A stretch of DNA of 64,000 bases from an uncultured Fluviicola sp. (GTDB lineage Bacteria; Bacteroidota; Bacteroidia; Flavobacteriales_D; Crocinitomicaceae): positions 50,573-114,572 of the forward strand of contig CBIHOM010000010.1 in assembly GCA_966212075.1 (NCBI GenBank), read 5' to 3'. Under the pieces are notes generated by a model. The model saw only the letters and a list, made by a program, of their open reading frames with translations. It was not told the DNA's origin and did no database searches. Position 1 is the stretch's first letter. The number at the start of each line of letters is the position of its first letter. Made by a program: the position numbers and the translations under genes. Shown here piece by piece: positions 38,633 through 46,445 of the stretch.

Positions 38633-39115
38633 ATGGAACTTCCGCAAAGAGCCAAAGATCTTATTGAGAAATTCAACTTACAAAGCCATCCGGAAGGTGG
38701 CTTTTACGCCGAAACATACCGTTCCGTTGAAACTATACCGGGAAAAGACCGAAACTTATTGACAAGTATCTATTTTTTAATCACCGGAAACAGTGTTTCA
38801 AAATTTCACCGGATTCAATCAGACGAATGCTGGTATTTTCACGAAGGATCTCCCCTGCTTGTTCACAGTATTTTAGCGAATGGTGAACACCAGGTAACCG
38901 AGTTGGGCCTGGATTTAAGCCAAAATGAAGTTCCGTTCCACGTGGTTCCCGCACGTACTATTTTCGGGTCTCACTTAAAGAACGATACCGGCTACGCATT
39001 TGTTTCTTGTGCAGTAGCTCCGGGTTTTGATTTTAATGACTTCGAATTATTCTCTTCAGAAGAATTAACAACCCTTTATCCCGATCATCAATCCATTATC
39101 ACTAAATTGACTTAA
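38633..39115 (+). CDS. Cupin (DUF985/Cupin_5) protein
   Basis: HPEGGFYAETYRS, FHRIQSDECWYFHEG, SCAVAPGFDFNDFEL. Confidence 0.93.
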   Translation: MELPQRAKDLIEKFNLQSHPEGGFYAETYRSVETIPGKDRNLLTSIYFLITGNSVSKFHRIQSDECWYFHEGSPLLVHSILANGEHQVTELGLDLSQNEVPFHVVPARTIFGSHLKNDTGYAFVSCAVAPGFDFNDFELFSSEELTTLYPDHQSIITKLT

Positions 39116-39116
39116 G

Positions 39117-39653
39117 ATGTCAAAATGGAAAATCTACTTATTGGGAGTTGCTACTTTATTGATGGCACCTCTTGGCTGGCTCCTTTGCGGAATGCCTGAA
39201 ATAAGTAAATTCCTTCAGTTGGAACACATCACTACTGCCTGGACCGGGATCGGGATCGAATACGGTGTAGCATTCGGGGTTTTCATGCTCATAGTTACCA
39301 ACACAGAAACTGCCCGAAAGAGTTTTTCGGTACAACACCAGTTGATCCGGTCCATGCGCCTGAATATCTTCGATATCCTTTTTCTTTCGCTTTGTGCCGG
39401 TTTTGGAGAAGAAATCCTGTTTCGGGTTGCCGTACAACAATGGTTGCATCCTGTTTTAGCTTCCATTGCTTTTGTTGCGATCCATGGTTACATAAATCCA
39501 TGGGATTTGGAAACAACCAAGTATGGCCTGTTGGTGTGTTTATTTATTTTGGTACTAAGCTTTGCTATTTCAGGAGAACAGGGCTTGTGGTTTTGCATTG
39601 CTGCCCACGCAAGCTACGATTTTGTATTGTTCTATTTCTGGGGAAGGAATTAA
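39117..39653 (+). CDS. CPBP (Abi/CAAX) intramembrane glutamic endopeptidase
   Basis: GEEILFR, FVAIH, AAHASYD. Confidence 0.88.
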   Translation: MSKWKIYLLGVATLLMAPLGWLLCGMPEISKFLQLEHITTAWTGIGIEYGVAFGVFMLIVTNTETARKSFSVQHQLIRSMRLNIFDILFLSLCAGFGEEILFRVAVQQWLHPVLASIAFVAIHGYINPWDLETTKYGLLVCLFILVLSFAISGEQGLWFCIAAHASYDFVLFYFWGRN

Positions 39654-40375
39654 GGCTCAATATAGATCACCAGGCGATTCGTTTGCTGCGACAAAAAGCA
39701 AACAGGAAATACAATGGACGGATCTGCCTTTATTTTTTCAAGCATTCTCAAGCTACAAGCCGATTCCGGAACCTGGAGCATTGCACCGGAATATTGGAGG
39801 TTCAATTCTTTCAATCCTGTCATATATTGCATTGAATCGGGAAGTTTATCCAGGTTATTGAAACTCAGGTCCATGAATTGCATCGAGGACAGATAGCCCA
39901 AATCCTCCGGAAGCTTCTTAATTGAATTGCGATTGAGGTCTAATTGTTCCAGTTTTTTCAGGCCTCCCAAAGAATCAGAAACATACCTCAGTTTATTGTT
40001 TGATAAAAACAGGCGTTCCAGTTTTTTTAACCGGCAAATACAATCCGGGATCGAATCAATATCATTATAAGCCAAACTAAGCACTTTTAAGTTCTTCAAC
40101 CCACAAATTGCAGTGGGGAAACTTTTCATGCGGTTACGACCCAAATAAAGCACTTCCAGGTTCTGAAGATTAACAATCTCACTATCTATGTCTGTAATCT
40201 GGTTCCCGAAAAGGGAGATTTTTGTGATGGTAGAATCGTAATACAACTCAAAAGGAACGGCTGCCAAACGTTTGTGATTCATAAAAACTTCCCTTCCATC
40301 TGTTCTCGATGCCGTTACAATTGAACAGGCTGTTCCCGTAAGTCCAACAAATAGAATGAAAAAAAGTTTCTGCAT
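39650..40375 (-). CDS. Leucine-rich-repeat lipoprotein
   Basis: Likely start MQKLFFILFVGLTGTAC (lipobox); about 7 LRRs of 23 aa (LxxLxLxxNxL). Confidence 0.85.
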   Translation of the reverse strand: MQKLFFILFVGLTGTACSIVTASRTDGREVFMNHKRLAAVPFELYYDSTITKISLFGNQITDIDSEIVNLQNLEVLYLGRNRMKSFPTAICGLKNLKVLSLAYNDIDSIPDCICRLKKLERLFLSNNKLRYVSDSLGGLKKLEQLDLNRNSIKKLPEDLGYLSSMQFMDLSFNNLDKLPDSMQYMTGLKELNLQYSGAMLQVPESACSLRMLEKIKADPSIVFPVCFLSQQTNRLVIYIEP

Positions 40376-40524
40376 AATTCCCGAAAATACAACAATAAAA
40401 CCAGTATCCTGTAAGGACAGGATTAATCGCGTCCCCACATCATCCATATTTTTTAATTCAATTAAACCATTGGAAATTAATCGGGTCTTACCGGTAATAA
40501 CTTTAAATTTTAAAATGGTTTAGT

Positions 40525-40950
40525 ATGAAGACACTTATTTTAGCAATAGCCTTAGCAGTTGGTGGAACAGCAATGGCACAGCAACACGAAAAAAGAGAAC
40601 GTAAACCGGCTGAAGAAAGAGCCAGCAATTCTGCTCAAAAGATGAAAACCAAATTGGGACTGGATGATGCCCAAACAACAAAAATCCATGATATCAATTT
40701 GGGAATAGCACAAAAAAACGATGCCATTCGTGACAATACATCTTTGACAAAAGAACAGAAAATGGCGCAGTTGAAAGAAACCCACAATTCACGCAACGCA
40801 CAATACAAGGAAGTGCTTACACCCGATCAATATGCAAAATATGAAGCATGGGAGAAAGAAAAGCGCGAAAAAATGCAGGCGAAGCGTGCCGAAAAACAAG
40901 GTGGAAAGGTAAAGCCTGCAGGGCCACCGGCTGATGAAGATGAATTGTAA
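40525..40950 (+). CDS. Spy/CpxP-like periplasmic helical protein
   Basis: Signal peptide; LGLDDAQ and VLTPDQY LTxxQ-like motifs; highly charged. Confidence 0.7.
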   Translation: MKTLILAIALAVGGTAMAQQHEKRERKPAEERASNSAQKMKTKLGLDDAQTTKIHDINLGIAQKNDAIRDNTSLTKEQKMAQLKETHNSRNAQYKEVLTPDQYAKYEAWEKEKREKMQAKRAEKQGGKVKPAGPPADEDEL

Positions 40951-40987
40951 AAAATGCAGGGCTGAAAATTTTCAGCCCTGCATTTTT
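40950..40987. terminator. Bidirectional terminator (perfect 38-bp palindrome)
   Basis: aaaaatgcagggctgaaaattttcagccctgcattttt between convergent genes. Confidence 0.85.
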
Positions 40988-41514
40988 TATTTCAATCGGT
41001 CCGCAAAGATTTTTTTGAATTTCTCGTATTTCGGTCTTACCACCGCCTGGCAATACGCATTCCCCGGATTCAACTCCAGGTAATTTTGATGATAATCTTC
41101 CGCCGGGAAATAATTCGAGATCGGGGAAATTTCCGTAACAATCGGGTTTTCCCAAACGTGCTCTTCTGTCAACTTTGCTTTATATGCCAACGCCTTCTCT
41201 TTCTGCTCCGCATCATGATAGAAGATCACTGAACGATACTGCGTTCCGATGTCATTTCCCTGCCTGTTTAGTTGGGTTGGATCATGAACAAACCAAAATA
41301 CTTCCAGCAATTCATCAAAGGAAATCTGTGATTCATCGTACACCACCCGCGCTACTTCTGCGTGGCCCGTTGTTCCCGTACAAATTTGCTTATAAGTAGG
41401 ATTGTCTACGTGTCCGCCTGCATATCCGGAAGTAACCGAAATCACTCCTTTCAGATCTTTATAACATGCTTCGATGCACCAGAAACATCCTGCACCCAAT
41501 GTGGCTTCTTTCAT
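40987..41514 (-). CDS. msrA: Peptide-methionine (S)-S-oxide reductase
   Basis: GAGCFWC, SGYAGG, GHAEV, DIGTQYRS, AEDYHQ. Confidence 0.97.
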   Translation of the reverse strand: MKEATLGAGCFWCIEACYKDLKGVISVTSGYAGGHVDNPTYKQICTGTTGHAEVARVVYDESQISFDELLEVFWFVHDPTQLNRQGNDIGTQYRSVIFYHDAEQKEKALAYKAKLTEEHVWENPIVTEISPISNYFPAEDYHQNYLELNPGNAYCQAVVRPKYEKFKKIFADRLK

Positions 41515-41536
41515 TCGAATTTCTTTTTATCAAAAA

Positions 41537-41678
41537 TAAGAAAAAGCGAATAGCTTTTGATAATTGAACAAGCGTTAGCGCGGTTCAACAAAGAGGATTA
41601 AATTTAAGAAAAAGCGAATAGCTTTTGATAACTGAATCCGCCGCGGCTGATTAGTGCGGAAATAATTTAGGAGAAGCG
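41537..41678. repeat. Repeat cluster related to 37011-37170, opposite orientation
   Basis: 27-bp TAAGAAAAAGCGAATAGCTTTTGATAA at 41537 and 41605; 41651-41678 is the exact reverse complement of 37021-37048. Confidence 0.85.
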
Positions 41679-41739
41679 ACAGTTTTTTTTAAATCCGGAT
41701 TGTCCCTCCAACAAAAGAGTTTGCTAATTTTACATTATC

Positions 41740-42900
41740 TTGAAAACATATAGTTCCAACTTCTGGAAGTTAAGCTTCTCTATGCTTCTTTTCACAACGA
41801 GTTACAACATTGTAATTCCGGAAATGAATGCGTTTTTAACAGACCTTGGTTCTCCCGGTCTAAAAGGATTAATTATTGGTTTATTCACCATTTCAGCTGG
41901 TTTCTCCAGGCCGTTTTCAGGGAAACTTTCAGACATTATCGGACGTAAAAAGGTGATGCTGATCGGGTTGCTCGTCTCGGTGGTCGTTTGTGCCCTTTAT
42001 TCCTTTGCATTTGCTGCGTGGTTCTTATTGATGCTGCGTTTTCTGCATGGATTTAGTGTCGGTTTTTACCCAACCGGTGCAACTGCATTGATTACTGATA
42101 TCCTCCCGGAAGATAAGCGTGGTTTTGGAATGGGATTGTGGGGAACCTTTATTTCAATTGGGATGGGACTGGGACAAGGGCTTTCCAGTTTTATTGTTGA
42201 GATCGGAAACCGGGACGCTTTATTTTTCACTGCAGCATTGTTCACAGCTTTGTCTTACATACTATTTTTCAATGTAAAGGAAACACTTCCCAATACGCAC
42301 AAATTCCACCTGAGTCACTTGAAAATCAAATCCAATGAGATTATTGAACCAAGTGTGATTCCCGTCGCAATTGTCATGTTCCTTTCTTCTATGTGCTCCG
42401 GAATCATTCTTGTTCTTTCGCCGGACATTTCTGATTATTTGCACATAGAAAACAAAGGAGCATTCTTTATCTTTTATGTCATGGCAACAATCCTGATCCG
42501 CTTAGTGACCGGGAAAGTATCCGACACCTATGGTCGAAGAGAAACGCTTGCCGTGGGGATGGTTGTTTTATGTATTTCAATGATCCTGATCGGACTATCA
42601 AAAACAGAAAGCTGGTATTACATCTCTTCGATCATTTTCGGAATTGCTACGGGTATAATTTCACCGACTATTTTTGCATGGACCGCCGATCTCTCTCCAA
42701 AGAACAGACGGGGCCGCGGAACCGGGACCATGTTCATTGCACTGGAATTCGGTGTATTGAGCGGTGCGTTGTCCACTAATTTGTGGTATCAAAATAACCT
42801 GAAATCGATCTGGAATGTCTTTTTATTCGGTGCGGGAATGACATTTCTATGTGTCGTTTACCTTTTATGGCACCTAAAAACGGTAAAATCCAAACATTAA
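41740..42900 (+). CDS. MFS transporter
   Basis: About 12 TM helices; GKLSDIIGRKK and GKVSDTYGRRE MFS motif A. Confidence 0.93.
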   Translation: MKTYSSNFWKLSFSMLLFTTSYNIVIPEMNAFLTDLGSPGLKGLIIGLFTISAGFSRPFSGKLSDIIGRKKVMLIGLLVSVVVCALYSFAFAAWFLLMLRFLHGFSVGFYPTGATALITDILPEDKRGFGMGLWGTFISIGMGLGQGLSSFIVEIGNRDALFFTAALFTALSYILFFNVKETLPNTHKFHLSHLKIKSNEIIEPSVIPVAIVMFLSSMCSGIILVLSPDISDYLHIENKGAFFIFYVMATILIRLVTGKVSDTYGRRETLAVGMVVLCISMILIGLSKTESWYYISSIIFGIATGIISPTIFAWTADLSPKNRRGRGTGTMFIALEFGVLSGALSTNLWYQNNLKSIWNVFLFGAGMTFLCVVYLLWHLKTVKSKH

Positions 42901-43484
42901 TTCTTCGGAGCAATTCCTCCGTAATCCAAACGTTTTGATTTTAAATAACGGGGAACATAATATCCGCTATTGTTGAATGTATCAATAATCACACCTCTGG
43001 AAGTAGAACTGTGAATAAACTTGATCACACCATCTTTCACTTCTACCACCATGGCTACATGTCCCACGCCGGCAGAACGCGTGCTTCGTCCTTTAAAGAA
43101 CATCAGGTCGCCCGGTTGCAACTCGGATAATTTGACAGTTTTTCCAAACTCTGCCAATCCGGGGCTTGAACGGGAAAGACGCATTCCGAAGTTACCCATG
43201 ACGTAATAAATAAAACCGCTGCAATCAAAACCGGATGGTGTAGAACCCGCATAATGGTAAGGAGTCCCCAGGAATTTCTTTGCAAATTGAATGATCTCTT
43301 CTACCTGTTTGTTAATCTTTGGAGCTGAATCAACTGCCAATGCCGCTGACGTTGTTGCCTGCTTCGACAGGGTGTCAGATGACACCTGACTCTTTTGAGG
43401 TAAAGAACCTGTAGCTGTTTGCGCCTGAATCGCATGACTCGTAAGAATTACAGCTATCGAAAATATGTAAGTTTTTAAGGACAT
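42897..43484 (-). CDS. NlpC/P60 (C40) peptidase
   Basis: GTPYHYAG, GFDCSG, PGDLMFF, GHVAM. Confidence 0.95.
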   Translation of the reverse strand: MSLKTYIFSIAVILTSHAIQAQTATGSLPQKSQVSSDTLSKQATTSAALAVDSAPKINKQVEEIIQFAKKFLGTPYHYAGSTPSGFDCSGFIYYVMGNFGMRLSRSSPGLAEFGKTVKLSELQPGDLMFFKGRSTRSAGVGHVAMVVEVKDGVIKFIHSSTSRGVIIDTFNNSGYYVPRYLKSKRLDYGGIAPKN

Positions 43485-43534
43485 AATATTTCTGACGGTG
43501 CAAAATTATCATTATTTTCACAGAATCAAAATCA

Positions 43535-43891
43535 TTGGCGGTGAGTAAATTAGAAAATATCGTATTGACCAAGTTATATTACTCCATTGGAGAGGTTGCT
43601 GCTATATTTGATGTAAACACTTCACTGATAAGGTTTTGGGAAAAAGAATTCACGGTAATTCAACCCAAGAAAAATAAAAAGGGAAATCGGTTGTTTACCG
43701 TAAAAGACATCGAGCATTTTAACAAGATTTATCAACTTGTAAAAGAACAGGGATACACGCTTGATGGTGCTAAAAAGGCCCTGAAATCAAGCGATAAAGC
43801 CCATTCCGAAGCCAAACAAGCACCTCAGAATGAAATCCTGATCGATAAGCTGGAGAAGATTAAATCGAAGTTATTGGAGCTAAAGAAATAA
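43535..43891 (+). CDS. MerR-family transcriptional regulator
   Basis: YYSIGEVA..IRFWEKEF..GNRLF; start may be GTG at 43541. Confidence 0.92.
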   Translation: MAVSKLENIVLTKLYYSIGEVAAIFDVNTSLIRFWEKEFTVIQPKKNKKGNRLFTVKDIEHFNKIYQLVKEQGYTLDGAKKALKSSDKAHSEAKQAPQNEILIDKLEKIKSKLLELKK

Positions 43892-43904
43892 TTTTTCAGC
43901 GCTT

Positions 43905-44026
43905 CTCCCCTTGAGGGGAGATCGAGAGGGGTGGCCATCCCCCTTTACCTTGCAGTTTTCGCACTAACGCTTGTCACTGCTTCGTCTTCAAGCACAAAGT
44001 GCTCTCTCCCACCTTCAAAGGGGGAA
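43905..44026. repeat. Composite REP-like palindromes between convergent genes
   Basis: CTCCCCTTGAGGGGAG, GGGGTGGCCATCCCC, CGCACTAACGCTTGTCA, CTCTCCCC..GGGGA. Confidence 0.65.
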
Positions 44027-44030
44027 AAAA

Positions 44031-45116
44031 TCAATTCTTATAATAAGCCTGGTACAAATAATTCAAAGCCATCTTGATATCGTTCTCATCAATTAAATGA
44101 TCCCACGAACATTCGCCGATTTTATTTAAAAAACAGGTTCTCACACCTTGTTGGTCGTTTTTCTTATCGTTCTTCATCAATTCAAGCATCACACCGACAC
44201 CCGTCAGCAAATCCTCAGGGCAAGGATATAAAGCCATCATCACTTGAACAATCTCATTGAGTTCTTCCGTACCCAGAGTCCCCTTCTGATTCGACAAAAA
44301 AGCCTCTGCAATCATTCCGAGAGCAATGCAATTTCCATGAGACATCGGGTTCAGGTCCAAATAATAACCTTCAATTGCATGACCGATCGTGTGACCAAAA
44401 TTCAGTGATTTACGGATTCCTTTTTCTCTTGGATCTTCAGTAACAACTTTTGCTTTGACAGCAATCGATTTTTCGAGGATCTTTCTCACGTTTTCCTCTG
44501 AAAACAACTCATCCTGTTTGCTCGATATCAGCCGTATCCATTCCTTTTTATCCGATATCAATGCGTGTTTCAGCACTTCAGCAAAACCGCTTCTCCATTC
44601 TTCTTCAGGCAATGTCGCCAGGAAACGTTGATCCACATAAATCGCTACCGGATCATAGAATGTTCCAATCTGGTTCTTATAATTTCCCAGATCAATCCCT
44701 GTTTTCCCTCCGATAGCGGCATCAACCATTCCCATGAAAGAAGTTGGGATGTGAATACATGGCAAACCTCTTTTATAGATGGAAGCGATGAACCCTCCCA
44801 TGTCACTGACCACTCCACCTCCAAGTGTAATTACCAGGTCCGAACGCACAATTCCATAATCGGAAAGAGCTTCCAATACCTGGAAACAGACCTCCATTAC
44901 TTTATTCTCTTCACCGGTTGGCAATAAGATTACTTCAGCGTCTTCAAGAGTTGGAAAAGCGGTCAGCAAATACTCCAAACAAAAATCGTGTGTATTCTCA
45001 TCCACAACAATGACTTTCCGAACATCTTTGTACGATTCCTGAAGCAATGCAGGAAAAGAAGAAAGCTCCAGATTCCCTACTTCTACGGTATAAGAATTAC
45101 ATTTTATTTTTTTCAA
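44031..45116 (-). CDS. aroB: 3-dehydroquinate synthase
   Basis: LGGGVVSDMGGF, DAAIGGKTG, KNQIGTF, GFAEVLKHA, LNFGHTIGHAIE. Confidence 0.96.
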   Translation of the reverse strand: MKKIKCNSYTVEVGNLELSSFPALLQESYKDVRKVIVVDENTHDFCLEYLLTAFPTLEDAEVILLPTGEENKVMEVCFQVLEALSDYGIVRSDLVITLGGGVVSDMGGFIASIYKRGLPCIHIPTSFMGMVDAAIGGKTGIDLGNYKNQIGTFYDPVAIYVDQRFLATLPEEEWRSGFAEVLKHALISDKKEWIRLISSKQDELFSEENVRKILEKSIAVKAKVVTEDPREKGIRKSLNFGHTIGHAIEGYYLDLNPMSHGNCIALGMIAEAFLSNQKGTLGTEELNEIVQVMMALYPCPEDLLTGVGVMLELMKNDKKNDQQGVRTCFLNKIGECSWDHLIDENDIKMALNYLYQAYYKN

Positions 45117-45195
45117 AGCGCTAATTTCAATGATGTAACAAATAAATTCAGATTAAAGGTGAACAAAAATACTCGAAAGCGATTAATTTTGCCCC

Positions 45196-46371
45196 ATGAT
45201 ATCTTTTAATAACACAGAAATTGCGTTCAAACACAAGTCCGACAAAGACCTGAAACGAGCACATTTTCTATTTTCCGTTATGGCAAGCCCATTCCTCGTT
45301 AAATCCGGAAAAGGATTGACACGTTTTGGTTTAAACATAGGTCTTCCCATCAAAGGCATGATCAAATCAACCATCTTTGCTCAGTTTTGTGGCGGAGAAA
45401 CCATTGAAGAATGTACATCCACCATTGATTCCATGTGGAAACACCATGTCGGTACCATCCTGGATTATTCTGTAGAAGGGAAAACCAGTGCGGAAGATTT
45501 TGAACACACAACAAAAGAGATCATTGCAACTATTCGCAAAGCAAAAGGCAATCCGGGGATTCCATTTGCAGTTTTCAAAGTAACCGGTATTTCACGTTTC
45601 GGATTATTGGAATTGACAAACGCCGGAATTGAAAATATTTCTGAAAGTGAGCTGAAAGAATACCAGGAAACGGTAGAACGTGTTAACCGTATTTGCAAAG
45701 AAGCATTTGAAGCAGACGTTCCGGTTTTCATTGATGCGGAAGAAAGCTGGATCCAGGATGTTATTGACCGGATCACGCATGAAATGATGCTGAAATATAA
45801 TAAAGAACGTGCAATTGTCTTCAATACGGTCCAAATGTACCGGCACGACCGCTTCACATTCCTAAAAGAAAGCATTGCATGGGCGAAAGCTGAAGATGTA
45901 CACTACGGTGTAAAGCTTGTTCGTGGGGCCTATATGGAAAAAGAACGAAAAAGAGCTGCTGAAAACAACTATCCTTCCCCTATTCAACCGGATAAAAAAA
46001 CGTGTGATGCGGATTATAACAAAGCTTTGGAGTTTTTGACAGAACCGGAAAATTTTTCTCACATGGCTTTATGTGCGGGCTCTCACAATGAATATTCATC
46101 GGCATACCTGGCTGAACTGATCGAACAAAAAGGGATCGACAAAACGGATAAACGTATTTATTTTGCCCAGTTGCTGGGAATGAGTGATCATATTTCCTAT
46201 ACATTGGCTTCAAAGGGATTCAACGTAGCCAAATACGTTCCATACGGCCCTGTGAAGGAAGTTATTCCGTACCTTTTCAGAAGAGCGGATGAAAACACTT
46301 CCGTGAAAGGCCAAACCGGCAGGGAATTGAAATTAATCAAAGAAGAGATAAAAAGAAGAAAGGGAGCCTAA
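45196..46371 (+). CDS. Monofunctional proline dehydrogenase
   Basis: IDAEESW, GVKLVRGAYME, FAQLLGMSD, KYVPYGP, YLFRRADEN. Confidence 0.95.
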   Translation: MISFNNTEIAFKHKSDKDLKRAHFLFSVMASPFLVKSGKGLTRFGLNIGLPIKGMIKSTIFAQFCGGETIEECTSTIDSMWKHHVGTILDYSVEGKTSAEDFEHTTKEIIATIRKAKGNPGIPFAVFKVTGISRFGLLELTNAGIENISESELKEYQETVERVNRICKEAFEADVPVFIDAEESWIQDVIDRITHEMMLKYNKERAIVFNTVQMYRHDRFTFLKESIAWAKAEDVHYGVKLVRGAYMEKERKRAAENNYPSPIQPDKKTCDADYNKALEFLTEPENFSHMALCAGSHNEYSSAYLAELIEQKGIDKTDKRIYFAQLLGMSDHISYTLASKGFNVAKYVPYGPVKEVIPYLFRRADENTSVKGQTGRELKLIKEEIKRRKGA

Positions 46372-46389
46372 ATGGACTCCCTTTCTTTC
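46356..46389. terminator. Intrinsic terminator overlapping the stop codon
   Basis: aagaaagggag..ctccctttctt. Confidence 0.65.
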
Positions 46390-46445
46390 TGGGTTTGAAT
46401 TTTATTAATAACAAATAATCGAATTTGTTAAGCTTGAAGAACCGG

